Positions 1-8,658 of a DNA stretch of 64,000 nt are shown in pieces. The translations under genes and the position numbers were made by a program. The notes below the pieces were generated by a model that worked only from the letters and a program-made list of their open reading frames with translations, was not told the origin of the DNA and searched no databases. The first letter of the stretch is position 1, and each line of letters starts with the position of its first letter. This DNA comes from an uncultured bacterium (GTDB taxonomy: Bacteria > Cyanobacteriota > Vampirovibrionia > Gastranaerophilales > JAILCC01), in contig CASDUJ010000004.1 in NCBI GenBank assembly GCA_949283935.1, forward strand, positions 7,872 to 71,871, given 5' to 3'.

Positions 1-20
1 AAGTCATTGCCTATAGGTTT

Positions 21-3000
21 TTGATTGATGAATTACCGTTGAATGATCACCATAGATTTGTTCAAATTGGAGATGATAGGTATAATTTGGCGGATATACC
101 ATCTGGTGATGTATTAGAAACTCCAAAATCCATTTATCATTTACTGCCAGGTACTTTTAATCCAAAACTTAAAAATGAAAAAGTTATTAATGCTTTAGGT
201 GAGGAAATAGCTGTTGATGACAGAACTGCACGTCTAAATCATTTTATGAAATTTGACACTAATATTCAAGATATTATTGAAAAAATTCCACACATAAAAA
301 AAATGGGCTTTAGAAGAATACTTTCCACTCCGTTATTTGGACAAGATAATACCTCAATTCACGGCTATTGGACAGTTAATCCTTACCAAATAACAGAACG
401 TTTAGGAAGCATGGAAGATTTTAAAAAATTACAAATTAATTTATTTAAAAATTCTATGGGATTTATTGCTGATGGAGCTTTTACAGATGAGGGTTTAGCA
501 GGGATTCATCTTAGAGATATTATGAGAAATGGAGAAAAATCTCCTTTTAAATATTGGTTTGATTTGTATAATTTCCCCTCTGAACCTTTAAAGCTTGGAA
601 TTTTGCCTGATACCAAAGCTGGTTACAATAATTTTGATATACGTATTGTAAATAGTCCTATTATTTGGACTGTTGATAAAGAGGGTATGCCGACAGGAGA
701 TTTTGGAAAATCTAATAACGGATATGATTCTAAAAAGCCCACATACATACAAATATACGACAAAAGATTGACATCGTTAGAACAATTAAAATCTGATAAA
801 GTTTTCTATAACTACGCAATTAGAAATATTCCTGAAAAAGATGATATTTCTGATTGGATGGATTCTGTTATGCCATATTCTTTTCCTGTAAATGTTTCTG
901 AAATATATAAAAAATCGAAACTTGCCTTGAAAAATAAAGATGTTCCGGCAAAAGAATTTTTAAAAACTTGGAATCATTTTGAACTTTCTACGGCAAAAGA
1001 GGCTTCAGGTTTGTCTTTGTGGACAGGAAATAAAGATATAGCTAAATTAAGGTTTACTTTACCTTCTGCTAAGCAAAAATTAATTGAAGAATCTGCTAGT
1101 AGTACGATTGAAGGAATAAAGAATAAAAATGCTGCATTAGAAGCTACTGAGCAAGTTCAAGATTATATTGCGGGAGTTGGTGAGTTTTGGACGAATAAAA
1201 CTGCTAAAATTTTGCGTGAATACATAGCGAATCAATTTGCTGGAGCTTTAACGGTTAGTGATTTTAAAAATATTATTCTTGCAAAAGCTGGTAAGGATTT
1301 ACCTGAAGCTATCAAGTATATAACTGATGTCCAAATTCAAAGAGCATTAGAAGATAATTATGAAGCAGCAAAATTGTTATTGCTTCCAGAAAATATTACA
1401 GATGCTCTAGCAGAATATCCACTAGAAGCCTTAGAAGTATCTGATGATATTACTTCAATTTTTGCTTATCCGAGTTTTAAAGAAAAAGTTTCAGAGAAAC
1501 TGTATCCTGCTGCTATGAAAGATGCTACTATAAAGATTTTGGAAAAAATTGACAAAAAAAATATACTTGCAGGCAATTTATTAAAAAATGGTGAAATAAA
1601 CGAAGAAAATATTAGTATTTTCCAACTTATTTCTGATGACATAGCAAGATTTATTTTAATCAAAGGATTAAGTAATTCTTTTAATGTTGATGATATTATT
1701 TCTTATTCTCCGACTTCCTTAGAAAAACTTAAAGAATTAAGTGTTGCTAAACTTGGGCTAAATGCCTGTGAACCAAAAGAAGCAGAAGAAAAATTGTTTT
1801 CTATTTTAAAGTCAAATATAAAAAATATATCTGACAAAGATTTTGAAAAATATGCAGATTATTTGGCAAACAGAATAAAAGATATAGATAAAGATTCAAT
1901 AAAAGTAGCAAATCTTATTATAGACAAATCTGAAGCAGGTTTGAACTGGCGTATTGATGCAGCAAAGGATATAGCTGAGATTGATGATTTTGTCGAATAT
2001 GATGCAGATGCTATTGAAACTTGGCAAGCTTTAGTTGATTTTTGGAAAAGGTTTAATAGTGGAGTAAAAGCATACAATTCTCATTCCTATAAAATTGGTG
2101 AATTTACTGATACTGCTGTAAGTTATACCAATACAAGTAAAAAAATTAAAAATGGTGGAGATTTAGAACAAAAAATTATTGAAAATGGTGAGTTTACAAC
2201 TCAATCTAATTACAATTATATGTTTTCAACTTTACAACGTTATTTTTCAGCTATGCCTGAAAATAATGGAGATATTAATGTAGACGCATCTTCATTAATT
2301 AAAGAAAAATTTTTATATGGTTGGGACGGAGTTCCAGGATTTTTGTATAGTGGGGACAAAAATAATATTTCCTTTTCGCATGTTGCTACAGGCAACCATG
2401 ATAAACAAAGAATCGCTCATACCTTTTCAATGAATATGGCTTTGGCTTACAAAGATTTAAACTCTAACAATGATTTAGCTAGTGAGGTATATGATGATTT
2501 ACTAAAATCCGCTTTACATTATTCAGATTATTATCATTTTATTTCAGAAAGAAATTTAAATGAGTTATTTAGGTATATTTCTCCCAAAAATCTAGCTAAA
2601 ATGGCTGCTTTAACCGATGCATTTAATAAAGCTTTAAACAAGGCAAATATTGATCCGAAATCTGCAGAAGATTTATTGCATATATTCACAAAAGCACTTG
2701 ATGAATTGGCAGCAAAGTCTCATCCAGCCGAAAAAACATTTTTCTTTAAGTCATTTGAAGATAATTATTCTGATATAATAAAACTCATTTCTCAAAAAAA
2801 TGAAACCTTTGAAGCTTTTGCAAGAAAAATTGAACATATTGTGCACGATGAATTTACCAAACCGGCCCAAATAAGAGGGATTGAATTGGCTAAAGTTATG
2901 GTTGCCATGCCTGGTAATCCTACTTTATATGCAGGAGATGAACTTTTAGAATTAGGAGGAGAAGAAAAAGCTAAAAATGTATATTTACAAAACAGAAACC

Positions 3001-3515
3001 GTAATCAATGGGAAAAACTTGAAATAAAAGATTATGGTCATGTGCAAAGATATAAAAATGAATTGGCTAAAATTTTTAATTTAAGAAATAACAGGCATCT
3101 TACATCTTTAGTCAATGGAGACACTATTTTATTGCAAAATCAAGCAGCCACTCCTTATGGGAGAGAATTAACTGCCATGTACAGATATAATAATAATGAT
3201 GATTGTGTAATTCTGTTTAATAATTTAGGCTTTAATTCATCTCGTCATTTTGGAGAAAATGTTTCTGACAGAACTATTTATATTCCTCAAATAACCATGT
3301 CAGCCGGTGATTATTATAAAAATGACCAAATAATTGATTCTGTTGGCTTACCTCCTGGTTTCAAATTAAAACCTGGAACTAAATTTGTAGATGCATTAGA
3401 TTCTACTCAAAAATTTATTGTTTGTGATGATGGCAATATACGTAGTATTAATTACCAAAATGGAGAATATATTAAGGTAGATTCTGCTGCAAAAATTTTA
3501 AAACAGTTAAAATAA
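21..3515 (+). CDS. GH13 (alpha-amylase superfamily) glycoside hydrolase, unusually large (1164 aa); the frame is open to the left window edge, so the true start may lie upstream
   Basis: GH13 signature regions are readable: IYHLLPGTF, GFIADGAFTDEG (region I), NWRIDAAKD (region II, Asp ~646), IGEFTD (region III, Glu ~694), GNHDKQR (region IV, Asp ~794). The track start is TTG and there is no in-frame stop between nt 3 and 21. Confidence 0.7.
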   Translation: MIDELPLNDHHRFVQIGDDRYNLADIPSGDVLETPKSIYHLLPGTFNPKLKNEKVINALGEEIAVDDRTARLNHFMKFDTNIQDIIEKIPHIKKMGFRRILSTPLFGQDNTSIHGYWTVNPYQITERLGSMEDFKKLQINLFKNSMGFIADGAFTDEGLAGIHLRDIMRNGEKSPFKYWFDLYNFPSEPLKLGILPDTKAGYNNFDIRIVNSPIIWTVDKEGMPTGDFGKSNNGYDSKKPTYIQIYDKRLTSLEQLKSDKVFYNYAIRNIPEKDDISDWMDSVMPYSFPVNVSEIYKKSKLALKNKDVPAKEFLKTWNHFELSTAKEASGLSLWTGNKDIAKLRFTLPSAKQKLIEESASSTIEGIKNKNAALEATEQVQDYIAGVGEFWTNKTAKILREYIANQFAGALTVSDFKNIILAKAGKDLPEAIKYITDVQIQRALEDNYEAAKLLLLPENITDALAEYPLEALEVSDDITSIFAYPSFKEKVSEKLYPAAMKDATIKILEKIDKKNILAGNLLKNGEINEENISIFQLISDDIARFILIKGLSNSFNVDDIISYSPTSLEKLKELSVAKLGLNACEPKEAEEKLFSILKSNIKNISDKDFEKYADYLANRIKDIDKDSIKVANLIIDKSEAGLNWRIDAAKDIAEIDDFVEYDADAIETWQALVDFWKRFNSGVKAYNSHSYKIGEFTDTAVSYTNTSKKIKNGGDLEQKIIENGEFTTQSNYNYMFSTLQRYFSAMPENNGDINVDASSLIKEKFLYGWDGVPGFLYSGDKNNISFSHVATGNHDKQRIAHTFSMNMALAYKDLNSNNDLASEVYDDLLKSALHYSDYYHFISERNLNELFRYISPKNLAKMAALTDAFNKALNKANIDPKSAEDLLHIFTKALDELAAKSHPAEKTFFFKSFEDNYSDIIKLISQKNETFEAFARKIEHIVHDEFTKPAQIRGIELAKVMVAMPGNPTLYAGDELLELGGEEKAKNVYLQNRNRNQWEKLEIKDYGHVQRYKNELAKIFNLRNNRHLTSLVNGDTILLQNQAATPYGRELTAMYRYNNNDDCVILFNNLGFNSSRHFGENVSDRTIYIPQITMSAGDYYKNDQIIDSVGLPPGFKLKPGTKFVDALDSTQKFIVCDDGNIRSINYQNGEYIKVDSAAKILKQLK

Positions 3516-3561
3516 ACCATTTTATGTATTCTTTATTGTGTAAATATGATAGAATACACAT

Positions 3562-4356
3562 ATGAATATGAGAATTAACATTAAAAGATTTATTATTGCT
3601 ATATTACTTGTGATTTTTGTTATGCTACCTTTTGCTGCTGATGGTGCTGTCAAAAAGAAATCCAAGAAAACTGTCAGAACGATTGAAATTCAAACCAAAG
3701 ATGAGGTCATTTTGACAGGAACTTTATCAATTCCGGAAAAAGCAACTGTTAAAAGTAAGGTACCATTAGTTGTTTTATTACATTCATTAGGAAGTAACAA
3801 ATCCATATACAATCAATTAGCAGAAGATTTAAAAGCCTTGAATATTGCAACTCTTGCTTTAGATTCCAGAGGACATAGTCAAAGTACTACTAAACTAAGT
3901 GGCAAAAGAACTTATTGGCAAAACTATTCAAATACCATTTTTGCTAAATATCCTGATGATATAAATGAAGCTATTGATTTTGTTAAAGAACATTATGTAG
4001 CTATAGATACAGGGAAAATAGGTTTGCTTGGAGCAGATATTACTGCTAATGCGGCTATATTAGTTGCCGCAAAAGCTAAATATAATTTTAAAACTTTAGT
4101 ATTAATTAGTCCTAGCATGAATTTTAAAGGACTAAGAACTCCGACTGCACTTGTAAAATATGGTAATAAGCCAATTACAATAATTGTTACACAAACTGAC
4201 AAATATCATTACAACAATGCTAGAGAACTTGAAAAGTATGCTCAAGGACAAGTTAATTTTATTACTACTAAAATTGGCGGTACAGGAGATTCAATAATTA
4301 AACTTAATCCATATTTGAATAAAGTTATTGCAAATTGGTTTGCTAAATATTTATAA
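3562..4356 (+). CDS. Secreted or membrane-anchored alpha/beta-hydrolase fold protein (dienelactone-hydrolase-like)
   Basis: Hydrophobic N-terminal signal/anchor (IIAILLVIFVMLPFAADGA). The order VVLLHSLGSN ... LDSRGHSQS ... GLLGADITA is typical of the alpha/beta-hydrolase core. The nucleophile elbow reads G-A-D-I-T instead of G-x-S-x-G. Confidence 0.5.
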   Translation: MNMRINIKRFIIAILLVIFVMLPFAADGAVKKKSKKTVRTIEIQTKDEVILTGTLSIPEKATVKSKVPLVVLLHSLGSNKSIYNQLAEDLKALNIATLALDSRGHSQSTTKLSGKRTYWQNYSNTIFAKYPDDINEAIDFVKEHYVAIDTGKIGLLGADITANAAILVAAKAKYNFKTLVLISPSMNFKGLRTPTALVKYGNKPITIIVTQTDKYHYNNARELEKYAQGQVNFITTKIGGTGDSIIKLNPYLNKVIANWFAKYL

Positions 4357-4423
4357 CCTCTTGCTTTTGTTTTTGTTATAATAATTTCTGTTGTTGTCGT
4401 AAGTTTTATGAGGTAGTTTTCTT

Positions 4424-5278
4424 ATGTCAGATACAGATTTAAGATACACTGAGTTATCAGAAGTTGGAATGGGCATTTCTGTTAAAGTTAATTCTACAAT
4501 ATTTCATGATGAATCTGATTTTCAAACAATTGATATTATTGATACACCTGCATTGGGAAAAATGTTAATATTAGATGGACTTGTTATGACAAGCGACAAA
4601 GATGAGTTTTTTTATCATGAAATGATTTCACATATTCCAATGAATTCTCACCCTGCTCCTAGAAACATTTTGGTTATAGGTGGAGGTGATGGAGGTACAG
4701 TAAGAGAAGTTTTAAAACATGAGTGTGTTCAAAAAGTTGTTTTGTGTGAAATTGACGGAACTGTTGTGGAATGCTGTAAAAAATATTTGCCTGAAATAGC
4801 AGGTAAACTTGACGATCCTAAAGTAGAGATTCAAATTCGAGATGGGGTAGAATATATATCTACTCAAAAAGAACAATTTGATATTATATTAATTGATTCT
4901 ACTGATCCTTTAGGACCTGGAGTTGGGTTATTTACAGAGGAATTTTATAATAATGTTAAAAATGCCCTTAAAAAGGGGGGGATTATGGTGGCTCAATCGG
5001 AATCACCTTTTGCTGATCAAAAAGAAATGAAACTTATGTATGCTTTGTTGAAAAAAGTTTTTCCTATTGTAAGAACTTACGTTGGACCTATGCCAACTTA
5101 TCCTGGTGGGTATTGGTCTTGGGCCTTTTGTTCTGAAAGTGTGGAACCTCTTAGTTATATTGATGCAGAAAGAGTTGATAAGATTTCTTTGACTTCAAAA
5201 CTTTACAATAAAGAAATTCATAAATCAGTTTTTGCTTTACCTAATTTCGTAAAAAAACTACTGGAAGAGGCTAAATAA
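4424..5278 (+). CDS. speE: Spermidine synthase (polyamine aminopropyltransferase)
   Basis: LILDGLVMTSDKDEFFYHEM and the VIGGGDGGTVRE SAM/dcSAM-binding motif; IDSTDPLGPG. The stop overlaps the speB start (TAATG). Confidence 0.9.
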   Translation: MSDTDLRYTELSEVGMGISVKVNSTIFHDESDFQTIDIIDTPALGKMLILDGLVMTSDKDEFFYHEMISHIPMNSHPAPRNILVIGGGDGGTVREVLKHECVQKVVLCEIDGTVVECCKKYLPEIAGKLDDPKVEIQIRDGVEYISTQKEQFDIILIDSTDPLGPGVGLFTEEFYNNVKNALKKGGIMVAQSESPFADQKEMKLMYALLKKVFPIVRTYVGPMPTYPGGYWSWAFCSESVEPLSYIDAERVDKISLTSKLYNKEIHKSVFALPNFVKKLLEEAK

Positions 5279-6129
5279 TGTTGAAAGGACCTTTTTTATC
5301 AAAAAACTGGATGTGTTCATCAGAAAATTATGAAAATGCTAAATGGGTATTGATTGGACTTCCCTACGATGGTACTTGTAGTAATAAGCCTGGAACAAGA
5401 TTTGCTCCACAAGCGGTAAGGAACGCATCTTGGGGATTGGAAGAATATTCTCCCATAGTTGATAAAGATTTTAATGAAATAAGTTTTTATGATGCAGGAG
5501 ATTTAGAGTTTGCTTTAGGAAATAGAGACCAAATACTTTTACAAATAGAAAATAATATTGATGAAGCCTTAAAAGATGGAAAAAGAACTTTCGCAATTGG
5601 GGGAGAACATCTGGTAACTTTACCTCAGATTAAAGCTTTTTCAAAAAAATATCCGGATTTAATTGTTGTGCATTTTGATGCACATTGCGATTTAAGAAAT
5701 GAATATTTAGGAGAAAAACTTTCTCACGCATGTGTAATGAAACGTGTAGTTGATATTATTGGTGAAGAAAATTTATTCCAAATTGGTATTCGTTCAGGAG
5801 AAAAAATGGAATTTGATTGGATGCGTACTAATAAAACATTGTTATCTGATAAAAATATTGCAAAAGAAATATTTACCAAAATAAGTAATAAACCTGTGTT
5901 TATTACTTTAGATGTAGATGTGCTAGATCCTTCTGTTATGCCTGGAACAGGCACACAAGAAGCAGGTGGGATGTCTTTTGCTGAATTAATTGACTGGCTT
6001 CTTTTGCTTAAAAGCAACAACATAGTTGGTATGGATTTAGTAGAACTTTCTCCTGATTATGATATGTCAGGTGCTTCAACTGCTACTGTTGCAAAATTGG
6101 CAAGAGAAATGCTTATTTATTTCGGATAA
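5278..6129 (+). CDS. speB: Agmatinase (ureohydrolase family)
   Basis: Mn-binding ureohydrolase motifs GGEH, HFDAHCDL and LDVDVLDP; translationally coupled to speE. Confidence 0.9.
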   Translation: MLKGPFLSKNWMCSSENYENAKWVLIGLPYDGTCSNKPGTRFAPQAVRNASWGLEEYSPIVDKDFNEISFYDAGDLEFALGNRDQILLQIENNIDEALKDGKRTFAIGGEHLVTLPQIKAFSKKYPDLIVVHFDAHCDLRNEYLGEKLSHACVMKRVVDIIGEENLFQIGIRSGEKMEFDWMRTNKTLLSDKNIAKEIFTKISNKPVFITLDVDVLDPSVMPGTGTQEAGGMSFAELIDWLLLLKSNNIVGMDLVELSPDYDMSGASTATVAKLAREMLIYFG

Positions 6130-7168
6130 GGTCTAAAATCTTTTTTATTTCTTGGGATGTGTCAGCTGAAGATTTTATATTTTCTTGTAAAATTTCTGCA
6201 AATTTCGCTTTGTGAAATTCACCAAATCCTTTTTCTTTGTACAAATTATTTAATATTTTTGTCATTGGTTCGTTTCTTTCTAAGTCGGAAATGTTTATTG
6301 AGCCTTGCAAGTAATAATAATTATTTATAGTTTTGAGAATTAGTTCGTGAGGTAAGATGTCTTCAATTTCTCCTTTTGAAATTAAATATACCATATCTTT
6401 GCTTTTTAGTATTTTATTTAAATCTTCAAGAATATCAGTTCCGTCCGCATCTAACAATATAAAAATTGGAATTTTAAGTAAATTTCTTATATCTGTATAA
6501 TATTTCAGAATTTGTGTTTTTCCACCTGCAGCTTTTAGTTTTATTCCGTAATTTTCAAAGTTAAAACCTTCATTTTGTGCAAATGCCGGAAAAATTTTTT
6601 CTTCTGTTATACCTTCAACCAAAAATAATAATTTTATTGAGGCAAATTTAGTTTTTGCTTTAAATAATTTTTCTTTAGTTAATTTGGATTTTTTTTTAAC
6701 TAAAAGGCGCTGCAAAAAAATTGGTTTTTGAGTTAGATTTGCAAAATGTAAAACTAATTCATCTATAGGAAAAAATAATTCGTTACGTATTTCCTCATAA
6801 GAAGAAATAGATTTTATGGGTTCATATTCCAAAGATTTAATTTGGGAAATTAAATAATTTGTGTTAAAAGTTTGTATTTCTTCGAAAATTAAAAAATCTT
6901 TTAGTTTTGTTTGTTTGTTTTTAGGAATATTTATTAAATTGTCTAAAGATTTTTCCCATATAATTTTTGCTAATTTGATTTTTTGAAAAAAACTTAGTTC
7001 GGAAACCTTTTTTTTGTTAAATTTAGGCTCTTCGCAGTTTTTTGTTATAATTTTTTCACTTACTCTCAAAAGATTGTTTATGGGATTTTTAAAACGTGTT
7101 AGCCAATCTAAATAAGACAAAAATTCTTCTTCTTTTATGTATCTAATTTTAGTTTTTCCTAATTCCAT
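6113..7168 (-). CDS. Uncharacterised protein with a C-terminal OLD-family-type Toprim domain and no ATPase domain
   Basis: The C-terminal half reads LFLVEGITEEKIF ... GIKLKAAGGKTQ ... IPIFILLDADG ... GEIEDILP, the Toprim Glu / DxD pattern seen in OLD/GajA-type nucleases. The N-terminal ~170 aa has no Walker motifs. Its 3' end overlaps speB convergently by 17 nt. Confidence 0.55.
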   Translation of the reverse strand: MELGKTKIRYIKEEEFLSYLDWLTRFKNPINNLLRVSEKIITKNCEEPKFNKKKVSELSFFQKIKLAKIIWEKSLDNLINIPKNKQTKLKDFLIFEEIQTFNTNYLISQIKSLEYEPIKSISSYEEIRNELFFPIDELVLHFANLTQKPIFLQRLLVKKKSKLTKEKLFKAKTKFASIKLLFLVEGITEEKIFPAFAQNEGFNFENYGIKLKAAGGKTQILKYYTDIRNLLKIPIFILLDADGTDILEDLNKILKSKDMVYLISKGEIEDILPHELILKTINNYYYLQGSINISDLERNEPMTKILNNLYKEKGFGEFHKAKFAEILQENIKSSADTSQEIKKILDLIRNK

Positions 7169-7276
7169 AAATATTTTCTCATCTTATTTGACATGATAAA
7201 TTAGATTAGTTCGAATTGGCAACTTTTTTTACCATTCTGTTTTATAATTATTGTAAGGTAAAATTAGGTTCTTTTC

Positions 7277-8656
7277 ATGTATGTGAATTCTGTTAGTAAT
7301 CAATTAATTAATAGAATTAATCTAGAAAATATTCAACCACATCAGCAAACTACTGTGAATAATAATCATAGTGCTTATTCGACTTCTGATTTGCAATTTT
7401 GTGGATTGTTTCCTGATTTATTTATTAAAAAATTTTCTACACCAGAAGAAAGTGCTATGTACAAAGAATTAAGTGATGTTTTGGATGGCAAAGATAAAAC
7501 AAATTTTAATATTCTTTACAAAACAGGTCGACTCTCTGACAGAAATTCTAATGACAAAAGTTCTACTTTGGAAAATCTTTACAAAATATACAAAAATCCA
7601 AGGGCAAAAGGATTAGATAATAAAAAAATTCTTAGCGAGACAATTGAACGTTTAGCCAATCCTTTTGTTATTAACCAAAAATTCGGACATATTCCTGAAA
7701 ATATTGCAAATAAAATTTTACAAGAAAAAACAATTGCTAAAAATTCCTTACAAGCTCATCCTTGTGATCCCCAAAGTACAAATGATATGAACATAAAAAA
7801 CAGTGCAAGTTGTGTAGCAGCAAGTATAGAATTCTCTTTAGCTGATAAAAAACCTGCAGAATTTGCACGTATGGTAGAAGGTTTAAGCAGTCCTGAGATT
7901 TCGGTAAAGCAAAATGTTAAACTAAAAAGTTTAAATAAATATGCATTAGATGCACTTTATCTTTTAAAAATGTTTAATGTTATTCCGGAAAAAGCAGATT
8001 GGGAATCTGTTACAGTAAAAATTGCTCCAGACAGGGATGCAATTATTCGTGCAAGAGTTCAAAATACTTACGCAGATTCTAAATCTAGAAGCAGTGTTGA
8101 TGTTTTACTTCAGTCTGCTTTTATGCAATTAGGGAGTCAGTCTACTTATAATTCTTTAACTGACAAACGTTATGGAACTTTGAATGCAAATGATACAGGA
8201 TTAACTGAATTTGAGAAAACTTTTGTAGAAAGTATTGTTGGAAATGATGGCGAAAAGACTTCTATGGTATACCAAAATGTTAATGATGATGCAATTTTGG
8301 AGGGCTATTTCCATTCTTTCCAAGAAATACAAGAACATTTGCTAAAAACTTTAGCTAAAAAACAAAATGTTATAATTGGTATTACTGAAACTGATGCTAA
8401 TAAAAAAATTGTAGGCGGACATGAAATTACTGTTATAGGTTCAAAAATGAAAGGTGATGAATTGTATTTTATTTGTAATGATACAGATGATAACTACAAT
8501 GGTCCTATTGAAATAAGTGCTCAAAAATTAATTCCTAAAATACATCATGCTGGTATTCCTGTAGATATACTTTCTAATCTTGTTGAAGAAAATAGGGGAT
8601 TGGATTTGCTTAAACAATATTCAGAAACACAACTTAAAAGTAAATCTGCTGCTTAG
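7277..8656 (+). CDS. Hypothetical protein with a candidate papain-fold cysteine peptidase core (Cys-His-Asn/Asp)
   Basis: NSASCVAASIEF (candidate catalytic Cys) and GGHEITVIG ... FICNDTDD resemble the Cys and His/Asn blocks of clan CA peptidases (streptopain-like CVATA / GGHAF). No N-terminal signal peptide. Confidence 0.4.
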   Translation: MYVNSVSNQLINRINLENIQPHQQTTVNNNHSAYSTSDLQFCGLFPDLFIKKFSTPEESAMYKELSDVLDGKDKTNFNILYKTGRLSDRNSNDKSSTLENLYKIYKNPRAKGLDNKKILSETIERLANPFVINQKFGHIPENIANKILQEKTIAKNSLQAHPCDPQSTNDMNIKNSASCVAASIEFSLADKKPAEFARMVEGLSSPEISVKQNVKLKSLNKYALDALYLLKMFNVIPEKADWESVTVKIAPDRDAIIRARVQNTYADSKSRSSVDVLLQSAFMQLGSQSTYNSLTDKRYGTLNANDTGLTEFEKTFVESIVGNDGEKTSMVYQNVNDDAILEGYFHSFQEIQEHLLKTLAKKQNVIIGITETDANKKIVGGHEITVIGSKMKGDELYFICNDTDDNYNGPIEISAQKLIPKIHHAGIPVDILSNLVEENRGLDLLKQYSETQLKSKSAA

Positions 8657-8658
8657 CT

